Below are positions 18,297 to 29,366 of a stretch of DNA of 32,000 nt, piece by piece; positions within the stretch are counted from its first letter, which is position 1; the number at the start of each line of letters is the position of its first letter. The position numbers and the translations under genes are program-made. Below the pieces are notes generated by a model. The model was given only the letters and a program-made list of their open reading frames with translations. It was not told the origin of the DNA and did not search any database. Source of the stretch: an uncultured Acidobacteriota bacterium (GTDB lineage: Bacteria > Acidobacteriota > Vicinamibacteria > Vicinamibacterales > CAVVIG01); the NCBI GenBank assembly GCA_963697745.1, contig CAVOPD010000018.1:229515-261514 (forward strand), in the 5' to 3' direction.

Positions 18297-20168
18297 TTAC
18301 CCAGAGTGCGGTACTTCGAGCGGGCGCTCGCGGTGCAGCAGCACCCAGTCGCCATTTTCCTCGAGCGCTTCCTGGCCAAGCTCCCGCAGCAGGGCCGACG
18401 CCTGCTCCATGTCGCCGCGCGTCAACTGTTCGGCCAGGTGGGACTGCGCGGCATCGAACAGTTCACTCATTCGACTGAACTGCTTCGCGTGCTCCGACCG
18501 CGCCATCTGCTGGTTGTAGCCGTGACGAAGGCCCGCGGTGACCGCAAGTGTCACGATGGCAATCATGATCACGCCGTGAACCCACGGGTCCTCCACCCAG
18601 TGCTTGACCGCCTCGAGTTCGTGCACCGGAACGAGCAGCGGCACCGTCAGCACGAGCGCCAGCAACAGCGCCAGGGCGACGCTCGATCGCACCAGCCACT
18701 CGATTTTCCCCTCCTCGGCTTCGAGCGTGGCCTGTTCACGCCTCGCCTTCGACGCCAGGTAGTTGCGCTGCTCGCTGACCCAGTGGCTGGCCACGTACTC
18801 GAGCCGTGCGGGACTGGGCGCCACCTGTGCCTCGCGCAATTCGTAGGCCTGTGACTCCGCGTCCCAGGCCCGCAGGGCGTTCCGGATCCATTCCAGGGCA
18901 CCGCGCTGCTTGCGCAGGTAGTGGTCCACGACCTTCTCCGACACGCCCGCAACGTGCCAGAAGAACTGGATGCGCAGCGCCTCGGCCAGGGCGCGGTAGT
19001 CCTGGTGCTTGTTCTGGTAGTCCTGTTCCTTGACATCGCGGTGGATCCAGTAGCTCGCGACGATCGACGATCCGAGGAACAGCAGCAGCAGCCAGGGCAA
19101 CGCGAGCAGCCGTTCGCCAAGCGACGGGTGCTCGGGCAGGTGCGCGTGAGGCAGTGAATGAAACAGATTGAAGAACAGTGCCGAGATGAACACCCATCCG
19201 AACAGCTTGCGCGACGCTGCGCGGGTGTTGCCCGCGAAATGGAGTGCGAGCGTGTCGGCGACGGCGTAGTGCTCGAGGGTGATTCGTGCGGAATGCGGCA
19301 GTGACAGGATGGCGTCGGTCAGCGTGCTTTCGCTGACCTGCAGCAGCTGCGCCTTGCTCGTGGCGCGGCTCGCCGCCATTTCATCGTGGAAGTGGAGCGC
19401 GTCCTCGTTGAACTGATCCATCCAGTCCTGCAGTTCCTGGAACGATGCCGCCGACTGTCGCGTCGGCAGCAGCAGCGTGCAGGTCAGCGCCTGCGGCGGC
19501 ACCGGTTCGCCGATGCGCGGGGTCACGATGTGATACACGGGTCCACTGCTGGAGAAACTCAGCGGACTGCCAGTCGGCTCGTACCCTGTTGGAATGCCTT
19601 CGAGCCGGAACCGCACCACTTCTCCGGTGCCGCCGACCTTGTCGGCGCGCCCCGATCCGTTGACGCCGTCCCACAGTGCGAGGAACACCTGGCTCTGGCG
19701 GGCAATCAGGGCGCCCACCTGCGCATACTGCCGGTTCCTCTGCTCCCCATGCTGCGCGATCCCGTCGTCGGTGTTGCCCGACATGAGCGGCAGGACGTAG
19801 GAGCTCTCCGCGACGGCCAGCATGCGCCTGAACTCGTCGCGCGACGCATCGCTCGAGAAGTCCTGCTCGTAGAGGTGATGCTCGAGCGGTAACGGAACGA
19901 CGAGGCGGACCCCGAGTTCGAGCGCCACGCGCGCGACCAGGCGATCGCTCCCCTCAGCCAGCGGCGACAGGAGCAGCAGCGACGTATGCGGATGTGATTC
20001 GCGCACGTCGGCAAGCAGCCGTCTCACGATTCCTTCCAGGGGCGGCAGGTCTTCCGGCCGGATATCCCGGTGTCCGGTGACGCCGATGACAATCGGCAGC
20101 GGTCCTGGCGTCATCCCGCTGGACGACGCGGCGGCGCTTTTTCGGGCGAGCGTGTTCATGCACCCCAT
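18297..20168 (-). CDS. SLOG-type (SMF/DprA-LOG-like) nucleotide-binding domain fused to two 2TM hairpins (SLATT-like); function unknown
   Basis: Intact 623-aa ORF. N-terminal Rossmannoid signatures: PIVIGVTGHRD (res 25-35), LSPLAEGSDRLVARVALELG (res 68-86, DprA-like G.D..A) and ALWDG...KVGGTGEVV (res 164-185, LOG-like GGxGT.E). Hydrophobic hairpin 1 is LFGWVFISALFFNLFHSL...LLALPWLLLLFLGSSIVASYWI (res ~321-375, nt ~19044-19208). Hairpin 2 is WLVRSSVALALLLALVLTVPLLV...VHGVIMIAIVTLAVTAGL (res ~490-547, nt ~18528-18701). Each is preceded by an amphipathic helix (e.g. WVSEQRNYLASKARREQ). The start is 21 nt downstream of the K+ channel stop. Confidence is high for the CDS itself and lower for the domain call. 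Confidence 0.65.
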   Translation of the reverse strand: MGCMNTLARKSAAASSSGMTPGPLPIVIGVTGHRDIRPEDLPPLEGIVRRLLADVRESHPHTSLLLLSPLAEGSDRLVARVALELGVRLVVPLPLEHHLYEQDFSSDASRDEFRRMLAVAESSYVLPLMSGNTDDGIAQHGEQRNRQYAQVGALIARQSQVFLALWDGVNGSGRADKVGGTGEVVRFRLEGIPTGYEPTGSPLSFSSSGPVYHIVTPRIGEPVPPQALTCTLLLPTRQSAASFQELQDWMDQFNEDALHFHDEMAASRATSKAQLLQVSESTLTDAILSLPHSARITLEHYAVADTLALHFAGNTRAASRKLFGWVFISALFFNLFHSLPHAHLPEHPSLGERLLALPWLLLLFLGSSIVASYWIHRDVKEQDYQNKHQDYRALAEALRIQFFWHVAGVSEKVVDHYLRKQRGALEWIRNALRAWDAESQAYELREAQVAPSPARLEYVASHWVSEQRNYLASKARREQATLEAEEGKIEWLVRSSVALALLLALVLTVPLLVPVHELEAVKHWVEDPWVHGVIMIAIVTLAVTAGLRHGYNQQMARSEHAKQFSRMSELFDAAQSHLAEQLTRGDMEQASALLRELGQEALEENGDWVLLHRERPLEVPHSG

Positions 20169-20189
20169 GCGGAGCAGTGTGCTGGGTGC

Positions 20190-21917
20190 TCATGCGTTGT
20201 TGTATCGGTGCGCGGTAAAACCGGCGCGATTGAGGAAAAACGGCAATTGCCGCACGGAACTCCTGTTCATTTCCCGGGCCGCTTCATCGAGCTGCCCCCA
20301 CGGAACGAGGTTCGGGTTGGTCTTCTTCTGCGGATCGCGCGGTCCTGGCGTCCAGCCGAGGGCGCGCCTTTCAGCGAGCCACCTCTCGTGTTCCATTTCG
20401 GCCAGTCGCTCGATTTCTTCAGGGGTGAACGCAAACGAGTCCGCATCGAGCGCGGTCAACGGCACGATGTGGCAGCCGGCGATCTCGAGCTTGGTGGCGA
20501 TATGGTCCGCTTGCGTGCGGCTCGACTCCTTGAGCTCGATCGGCAGATCGTCCCACGGAACCGCCGCGGGATTGCCCTCGATCGACGCATGCGTGAGGTA
20601 ATCCTGGTGCAGCGCTCTCGCGAGAACCTCGTTCGTTCCGCGGAGCACGAACTCGGGCCGGCAGGCCTGTTCGAGCAGGCTGAACACCCGCAGCTGCGGC
20701 AGACCTCGATTGCCATTCGGACCCACCGCGCGCAGCAGCGCCGCCAGGCCGGCTTCCCGGTTCATCCGCACCACCACCGGCACACCGAATCGTCCGAGGT
20801 GGTTCAGGAGCAGGAGCGCGGTCGACAAGGCGAGGCCTTCGTCCTCGAGGCACACATACGCATAGGTGACGACGCACTGGCCCGACTCATCGAAAAGAAA
20901 AGCCGCGCGCTGGAACTCGGTCGAGTGCAGATCGATCGATGCCGCGTGCATCGTGGCCAGCGCATCGAGCTCGGGATGGCGATGATGCAGGTCGAGAGTG
21001 ACCTGCTCGGTGGCCGCGTCCACCAGCGTAATCGGGATCGGCGGTCTCGTCGCGCCTTCGACATCCTGCCACTGACGCACCATGTGGCGGATCAGGTGCT
21101 GGCTCAGAGGACCAGCGCCGACGATCAGGACGTGCGGCGGCGAACTGCGCTCGCGCTGTTGTGCGGTGAAGGGCGAGTATTTCGCCAGCAGGGCCCGTGC
21201 GCCAAGCTCGGTCACATTGAAGAACTCGAGACGGAATCCATCTCGCGTACCGACGTCCCAGCTGCGTAGCGCGTACCACAGATGCGGGTCCTGGATTTGC
21301 GTCGAACAGGAGAGGCTCTGACCTCGCTGCCGCGACAGCGCCCGCGCCTGGGCGGCAATCTCGACGTTGTTCGCGTCGGTGCCCGCGACGACGACCAGGT
21401 GCTTTGCGCGATCGAGACGGGCGCGCCGCAGCACTTCGACGCGCGAGGCGTCGCCAACCAGGACGGCGGCTCCCGCCTCACGGGCCGCGGCAATGTGCGG
21501 ATTCTCCTCTGTCTTTTCGATGGCCAGCACCTGGTACCCGTCGCGTCGGAACGCCTGCGTAAGGAGCACGCCCATCGCGCCGAGGCCGCAAATCACCACG
21601 TGACCGTTGACGCGCCTGATTTTCAGCGCGTCGAGCCGATCGAACTTCACCAGGTATGCGGCCACCGCCGCGGTGAACAGGCCGAGCGCTCCGATTCCGC
21701 TGAACATCAGGAACGCCCCGAAGACGCGTCCCATCGGCGTGATCGGGAAGTAGTCGCCATAACCAACAGTGGTGACGGTGACGACCGCCCACCAGAGCGC
21801 GTCACCGAAGCTGTCGATGTTCGGGTTACGTCCGAATTCAGCGGCGTAAAAGCCGACGGCGCCCGTCAGGACGACGAGCGCGACAAGACCAAGGACGTAG
21901 GCAAGATACGACCGCAT
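20190..21917 (-). CDS. 2TM K+ channel - RCK/TrkA-N - second Rossmann-like domain - tandem RyR-like repeats
   Basis: Intact 575-aa ORF. TM1, pore helix, selectivity filter TVGYGD (TVGYG at nt 21756-21770) and TM2. RCK: HVVICGLGAMGVLLTQAF (GxGxxG). Second Rossmann-like domain: HVLIVGAGPLSQHL. The C-terminus IERLAEMEHERWLAERRALGWTPGPRDPQKKTNPNLVPWGQLDEAAREMNRSSVRQLPFFLNRAGF fits the RyR-domain pattern (LA..HE.W......GW..G......K..P.LVP...L.E......R..V..LP..L...G). It is preceded by a more divergent copy (LARALHQDYL...VPWDDLPIELKESSRTQADHIATKLEIAG). Confidence 0.85.
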   Translation of the reverse strand: MRSYLAYVLGLVALVVLTGAVGFYAAEFGRNPNIDSFGDALWWAVVTVTTVGYGDYFPITPMGRVFGAFLMFSGIGALGLFTAAVAAYLVKFDRLDALKIRRVNGHVVICGLGAMGVLLTQAFRRDGYQVLAIEKTEENPHIAAAREAGAAVLVGDASRVEVLRRARLDRAKHLVVVAGTDANNVEIAAQARALSRQRGQSLSCSTQIQDPHLWYALRSWDVGTRDGFRLEFFNVTELGARALLAKYSPFTAQQRERSSPPHVLIVGAGPLSQHLIRHMVRQWQDVEGATRPPIPITLVDAATEQVTLDLHHRHPELDALATMHAASIDLHSTEFQRAAFLFDESGQCVVTYAYVCLEDEGLALSTALLLLNHLGRFGVPVVVRMNREAGLAALLRAVGPNGNRGLPQLRVFSLLEQACRPEFVLRGTNEVLARALHQDYLTHASIEGNPAAVPWDDLPIELKESSRTQADHIATKLEIAGCHIVPLTALDADSFAFTPEEIERLAEMEHERWLAERRALGWTPGPRDPQKKTNPNLVPWGQLDEAAREMNRSSVRQLPFFLNRAGFTAHRYNNA

Positions 21918-21950
21918 GAAGCGATGAGTCCTCGCGGACAGCCAGTGCCG

Positions 21951-21970
21951 CGCGGGCGATCGCGCCCGCG
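21951..21970 (-). other. GC hairpin in the 60-nt gpmA / K+-channel spacer (possible attenuator or processing site)
   Basis: CGCGGGCG atcg CGCCCGCG: perfect 8-bp stem. No U tract follows on the minus strand, so it is not a canonical intrinsic terminator. Confidence 0.35.
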
Positions 21971-21977
21971 TGGGGGT

Positions 21978-22724
21978 TCAGCGTGCGGCTGCCTGCTGCT
22001 TGACCCGTTCGGCTGCTGCGGCCGCTGCGGCCGCGTCACCCAGGTAGTAGTGGCGCAGCGGCTTGAGGTCGGCATCCAGTTCGTAGACCAGCGGGATGCC
22101 GGTCGGGATGTTCAGTTCGACGATGTCGGCTTCGGAGATGTTGTCGAGGTACTTGACCAGAGCGCGCAGGCTGTTGCCATGCGCCGCGACAATCACCCGT
22201 CGTCCACTCCTGATTGTCGGCGCGATGGTCCCGTGCCAATACGGCAGGAATCGGGCGACCGTGTCTTTCAGCGATTCGGTGAGCGGAAGGTTTGCCGCAT
22301 CGAGTCCAGCGTACCGCGGATCCCGCGACGGATGCCGCTCATCGTCGAGCGTGAGCGGCGGTGGCGGGGTGTCGTAGCTGCGACGCCAGATCTTGATCTG
22401 CGCCTCGCCGTGCTGGGCCGCTGTTTCGGCCTTGTTCAGCCCCTGCAGCGCGCCATAATGGCGTTCGTTGAGGCGCCAGTCCTTCTCGACCGGCAGCCAC
22501 ATCTGGTCGAGGGCGTCGAGCGTGATCCACAACGTCCGGATGGCCCGCTTCAGGACAGAGACGTAGGCCTGGTCGAAGACGTAGTTGCCTTCCTTGAGCA
22601 ATCGGCCAGCCTCGGCCGCCTCTTCTCGCCCCTTGTCGGAGAGATCGACGTCGGTCCAGCCGGTAAACCGGTTCTCCCGGTTCCAGGTGCTTTCACCATG
22701 ACGGAGCAGAACGAGTGTGTACAT
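21978..22724 (-). CDS. gpmA: 2,3-bisphosphoglycerate-dependent phosphoglycerate mutase
   Basis: [32 protein letters not shown]...[16 protein letters not shown]...[16 protein letters not shown]. Intact, with AGGAG upstream. Confidence 0.95.
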   Translation of the reverse strand: MYTLVLLRHGESTWNRENRFTGWTDVDLSDKGREEAAEAGRLLKEGNYVFDQAYVSVLKRAIRTLWITLDALDQMWLPVEKDWRLNERHYGALQGLNKAETAAQHGEAQIKIWRRSYDTPPPPLTLDDERHPSRDPRYAGLDAANLPLTESLKDTVARFLPYWHGTIAPTIRSGRRVIVAAHGNSLRALVKYLDNISEADIVELNIPTGIPLVYELDADLKPLRHYYLGDAAAAAAAAERVKQQAAAR

Positions 22725-22742
22725 GTCGGGCGCTCCTGAGAG

Positions 22743-25332
<2,590 letters not shown>

Positions 25333-25339
25333 AACCGCT

Positions 25340-25967
25340 TCAGCTCCTTCGGAGGATGACGCGCGCCGGCGCGCCGTCGGCGCCAACCACCGCGAGCGGC
25401 AGGCAGAACATCTCGAAGGTCCCGGGCTCGACGTCGCGAAGGTTGAGGCCCTCGATCACGATGGTGCCGGCTCCGAGCAGCACGTGATGCGCGGGTGCAC
25501 CGGGCGTTTTGTACTGTTCGACCGACAGGTAGTCCACACCAAGGACCTTCACTCCGCGGTCGACCAGGAACCGGGCCGCGCCCTCGGTGACGCCAATGAA
25601 ATCCTGATGAAACTCCGGCGTGCCCCAGAGACGGGAATTATGGGTCTTGAGCAGCAGGCGTACGTCCTCGCGCAGATCGAAGCCGGCCAGGTCCTCGGCG
25701 GTCACGCTCCGCCGTGGTCGTGAGTTCCACGACCCGCGCGCGGCCGCACAGCATTTCGAGCGGCAGGCTCTCCACACCGCCACCTTCGTCGAAGAAGTGA
25801 CGAGGCGCATCGACGTGCGTTCCCGAGTGCGCGCTCATGTGCAGCGTCGATACATTCGAGCTGTCGCCGTTGGCCCGCCGTTTGATGGCCTCGAGGCGGA
25901 ACGGCGTGTTTCCCGGGTAGGTGGCCAGGTTCGAATCGATAGGGACGCTGATGTCGATGAGTTTCAT
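25340..25967 (-). pseudogene. cyclase-family protein (kynurenine formamidase-like), one frameshift as assembled
   Basis: ATG 25967: MKLIDISVPIDSNLATYPGNTPF...STLHMSAHSGTHVDAPRHFFDEG (HxGTHxDxPxH motif). After ~25705-25720 the protein continues in the frame of ORF 25340..25810: VTAEDLAGFDLREDVRLLLKT...GVDYLSVE...HHVLLGAGTIVIEGLNL. Confidence 0.75.
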
Positions 25968-26046
25968 GTGAGGCAGCGGCGGGGAACGTCCCTATAGCAT
26001 AAGCAAACCGGTCGCTTTTCGGGCGAAATACTACCGTGGAGGTGGT

Positions 26047-26076
26047 TTGACTTGGGTTTGGCGAGCCGCCTATGAT
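26047..26076 (+). promoter_or_regulatory. sigma70-like promoter candidate for the secreted-protein/OM-barrel pair
   Basis: TTGACT (26047-26052), an 18-nt spacer, then TATGAT (26071-26076). This is ~40 nt upstream of the RBS GGAGAG (26106-26111) and ATG 26119. Confidence 0.4.
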
Positions 26077-26118
26077 TGGCTGTTTTCGTGTTATCGACTT
26101 CTTATGGAGAGACCATTT

Positions 26119-27174
26119 ATGGTGAACTGGCGTCCAGCCCTCGCCCTCGCTTCTGTGGCCCTCCTTCTCACCTCGTCCGGCGTGGTTGCACAACCCAAGG
26201 ATGCGCCGAAGGAACAGGGGCGTAAGCTCACCAATGACGAGAAGAAGGACCTGACCGCCATCTCGACGATGTTGTCGGGGATGACTGCCGGGCAGGCAGC
26301 GCCGAACGACCTGTCGCTCACGTGGCTCGGGAATGACCTGCTGAAGGCACAGGGTAATAAAGAGTACGTGCCGTTCACGGTTACGATCGACCCGTCGAAG
26401 CTGTCCTCCAACAAGCTGTCGTTCTATTGGCGCGTCGTTTCCACCGATGCGCCCGCTGCAGATCCGAACGCGAAGAAGGACGACAAGGACAAGGACAAGG
26501 CTCCGCAGTATGCCTTCGAGAACCTGCACGCCCTGAACTTGCAGAGCGGGCAGACGGGCCCGATGCGAATCAGCCGCTCCTTCGTAGTCGGCGCCGGAAA
26601 CTACGACGTATTCATCGTCGCCAAGGAGCCGGATCCGAAGAAGAAGAGCGACCCGCCCGCGAAGACCTCCATCATCAAGCAGTCGATCACCGTCCCGGAT
26701 CTGTGGAACGGCGAGCTCAGCACCAGTTCAGTCATTCTGGCCGAGCGGATCGACCCGTTGGCCGCTCCGCTGACGCCTGCGCAGCAGGAAGAGCGACCGT
26801 ACGCCCTCGGCAATATGGAAATCCTGCCGTCGGCGAGCACCAAGTTGTCCAAGAAGAATGAGTTGTCGGTGTTCCTGCTGATTTACAACGCGAAGCTGGA
26901 CACGGCGACAAGTGCACCGGACGTAACGGTCGAGTACAACTTCTACACGGTCCAGAACGGTGCCGAGAAGTTCTTCAACAAGACCAATCCGCAGGCGCTC
27001 AACGCGCAGACTCTCCCGGCCGGGTTCGATCCGGCGGCGGGCATGACCAACGGTCAGACGGTGCCGTTGGCGTCGTTCCCGGAAGGCGATTACCGCCTCG
27101 AAATCAAGATCACCGACAAGCTGGCCACAAAGTCGCTGACCCGCGACGTGAAATTCTCGGTCGCGGGCTCGTAA
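26119..27174 (+). CDS. secreted hypothetical protein (signal peptide, Lys/Asp-rich linker, beta-rich C-terminal half)
   Basis: ATG 26119 has GGAGAG 7 nt upstream; ATG 26104 is the alternative start. MVNWRPALALASVALLLTSSGVVAQP.... Contains KKDDKDKDK. Ends ...FPEGDYRLEIKITDKLATKSLTRDVKFSVAGS*. Intact. I cannot name a family with confidence. Confidence 0.7.
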   Translation: MVNWRPALALASVALLLTSSGVVAQPKDAPKEQGRKLTNDEKKDLTAISTMLSGMTAGQAAPNDLSLTWLGNDLLKAQGNKEYVPFTVTIDPSKLSSNKLSFYWRVVSTDAPAADPNAKKDDKDKDKAPQYAFENLHALNLQSGQTGPMRISRSFVVGAGNYDVFIVAKEPDPKKKSDPPAKTSIIKQSITVPDLWNGELSTSSVILAERIDPLAAPLTPAQQEERPYALGNMEILPSASTKLSKKNELSVFLLIYNAKLDTATSAPDVTVEYNFYTVQNGAEKFFNKTNPQALNAQTLPAGFDPAAGMTNGQTVPLASFPEGDYRLEIKITDKLATKSLTRDVKFSVAGS

Positions 27175-27214
27175 ACGAAGGTCGGCGGGGGACGATCCCC
27201 GCGGTTTGAGAAAC

Positions 27215-29176
27215 ATGACGGGTGCAACCAGCCTTCTGGCGTCGGCGGCGGTCGGCGGCCTTTTGGTTGCGGGATTACCGGCGATCGCGGGGGCGCAGCA
27301 GGGCGCGTCACGTGCGGCCGCGTCCCCTGTCGTACGCGGTTCGTCCGCGGCGCCCGGTTCCATTTCCGGGGTCGTCCGGGACGAACGCGGTCTGCCAGTC
27401 GCAAACGTCGTGGTGTCGGCGCTCGGTGCCGTCACCACGGTCGCCGTTACGGGTCCGACCGGTCGCTTCGAGTTCGGCACGCTCACACCGGGACCGTACC
27501 TGGTCAGGGCCCACCTGGGAGGCTTTGTTGCCCCCAGAGCACAGATGGTCCAGGTGCGACCCAGCGCTCAGGCTGTGTCCAGCATTGCGCTGCGACGCGA
27601 AGGCGCCATGCCAGTGCTCGCGGCAGGACTTGGCCTGACGCAACTCGGGGTCCCTTCGGCACCACCTGACGGGGTCGAGTCTGGCCCGGCCACCTCAGAC
27701 GCTGCCGCGACGGCGAACGCGGCCCCGCCGGTGGCGTCATCCGGCACGGATAACGACAACGACGACCATACCGAAACCGCCTGGCGGATTCGTCACGCCC
27801 GCAAGAGCGTGCTGAAGGATGCCACGCTTCCAGAAGACCTGCTCACAGATCCTGACCCCGGCTCCCTCTGGCCGTCCATGTTCGGCCAGACCGCGAACGC
27901 GGCAAGCCGCTTTGCGACCTTGTTCGCTGACGCGCCGATTTCAGGTCAGCTGAACCTGCTGACATCGGGCTCCTTCGACACACCGCAGCAGCTGTTCTCG
28001 ACCGACTCGGCGCCGCGAAGCATCGCCAATGTCCGGCTCGGCGCGCCGGCCGGAGATGGCGCCGACTGGACGGTCGCTGGCGCCCTGACGCAGGCGGATA
28101 TCTCGTCATGGGTGGTCGCCGGTTCGTACACGATGCGTGCGCCGGCCACACACCGGTACGATCTCGGACTCAGCTACAGCACCCAGCGCTACGACGGCGG
28201 CAACCCGCTTGCGGTGCGCGACGTGACCGATGGAAGTAGAAACGTCGGGACTGTATACGCATACGACAGCTACACACTGTCACCGGAAGCGACCGTTGCG
28301 TTCGGCGCCGAGTACGGCCGGTACGATTACCTGAGTCGCGGTTCGCTCATCAGCCCGCGTGTCGCCCTCACGCTCTCGCCGGCCGCCGACACTCGGCTGA
28401 CCGCTTCGGTATCGCGGCGTTCACTTGCTCCGGGAGCCGAAGAGTTTTTGCCGCCGGGAGACGCCGGAATCTGGCTGCCCCCGCAGCGCACGTTCTCGTC
28501 GCTCGATCCGCGCCAGGGCTTCAAAGCCGAACACGCCGCAAGCATCGCCGGTGGAGTCGAGCACGATTTCGGCGGGTCGACGCTGGCGGTCCGGGCGTTC
28601 CGGCAGCACGTCGATGACCAGCTCGTGACGGTGTTCGGCGGGAACGTCCCAGGCCAGCCAACAGCCAACGTCGGTCATTACCTGGTCGGCAACACGGGCG
28701 ACATCGATGCAGGCGGGGTCAGCGCCGAATTCCGGGCAGTCATTGCCAGCCGGGTGCACGGTTCGGTGCGCTATTCGGTGGCTCGTGCCCGCATTCTCGA
28801 AGCCGGTGGCGACTACGTGATGCTGCTCGCCCCGGTAACGGCCCGTCCCGGCACCGACACCCTGCAGGACGTGACGGCACGTTTCGAAACAGACGTGCCG
28901 GAAACAGCCACGCGAGTAACGGTTCTCTACAGGCTGAGCAACGGATTCGCGCAACCAGCCAACCGTGGAGAGCAGGGGCCCGCAATCGACGGCCGCTTCG
29001 ATGTACAGGTTCGACAGTCGCTGCCGTTCATGAACTTCAGCAATGCCCGCTGGGAAATGCTCCTTGCCGTGCGCAACTTCTTCCGCGACGGCACGTGCGA
29101 CCAGTCGATTTACGACGAGCTGTTCGTGGTCCGGCCGCCAAAGCGGGTGGTAGGTGGCGTAACGCTGCACTTCTGA
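27215..29176 (+). CDS. outer-membrane beta-barrel protein with N-terminal carboxypeptidase-regulatory-like (CarboxypepD_reg) domain
   Basis: ATG 27215 (the track start at 27206 is TTG). MTGATSLLASAAVGGLLVAGLPAIAGAQQ is a signal peptide. GSISGVVRDERGLPVANVVVSALGAVTTVAVTGPTGRFEFGTLTPGPYLVRAHLGGF is the typical CarboxypepD_reg pattern. A long region of alternating aromatic/hydrophilic beta-strands ends ...VVGGVTLHF* with a terminal Phe. Confidence 0.65.
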   Translation: MTGATSLLASAAVGGLLVAGLPAIAGAQQGASRAAASPVVRGSSAAPGSISGVVRDERGLPVANVVVSALGAVTTVAVTGPTGRFEFGTLTPGPYLVRAHLGGFVAPRAQMVQVRPSAQAVSSIALRREGAMPVLAAGLGLTQLGVPSAPPDGVESGPATSDAAATANAAPPVASSGTDNDNDDHTETAWRIRHARKSVLKDATLPEDLLTDPDPGSLWPSMFGQTANAASRFATLFADAPISGQLNLLTSGSFDTPQQLFSTDSAPRSIANVRLGAPAGDGADWTVAGALTQADISSWVVAGSYTMRAPATHRYDLGLSYSTQRYDGGNPLAVRDVTDGSRNVGTVYAYDSYTLSPEATVAFGAEYGRYDYLSRGSLISPRVALTLSPAADTRLTASVSRRSLAPGAEEFLPPGDAGIWLPPQRTFSSLDPRQGFKAEHAASIAGGVEHDFGGSTLAVRAFRQHVDDQLVTVFGGNVPGQPTANVGHYLVGNTGDIDAGGVSAEFRAVIASRVHGSVRYSVARARILEAGGDYVMLLAPVTARPGTDTLQDVTARFETDVPETATRVTVLYRLSNGFAQPANRGEQGPAIDGRFDVQVRQSLPFMNFSNARWEMLLAVRNFFRDGTCDQSIYDELFVVRPPKRVVGGVTLHF

Positions 29177-29366
29177 ACCCGGCCGCTTTCTGAGGCGTAC
29201 GTCCATTTAATTGGATAGATCCGCCGGAAAGTTGAATACAGCGTCCTTCCGGCCATTTTCACGCTGAAATCACGTCCCACCGGCGACACGGTCGGTCATA
29301 CGATGTCACCATCGTCCAGTGTGTGTTGAGTGCGTTCACAAACCACACGGGCCACAGTTGACCGGC

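Noticed and set aside
16732-21917. Classifying the TIR/SLOG/channel region as a canonical Thoeris (or other named) defence system, or as part of a mobile defence island
   Set aside because: There is no SIR2, Macro or nuclease effector and no ThsA-like architecture. I see no integrase, transposase, tRNA or direct-repeat island boundaries. The flanks are metabolic genes. I therefore report it only as a Thoeris-like hypothesis.
29177-29366. Terminator or promoter calls in the OM-barrel / histidine-kinase spacer (GCCGGAA-n17-TTCCGGC; TTGAAT...)
   Set aside because: The stem is short with a 17-nt loop and only a weak T tail. TTGAAT has no acceptable -10 at 16-19 nt. Left unannotated.
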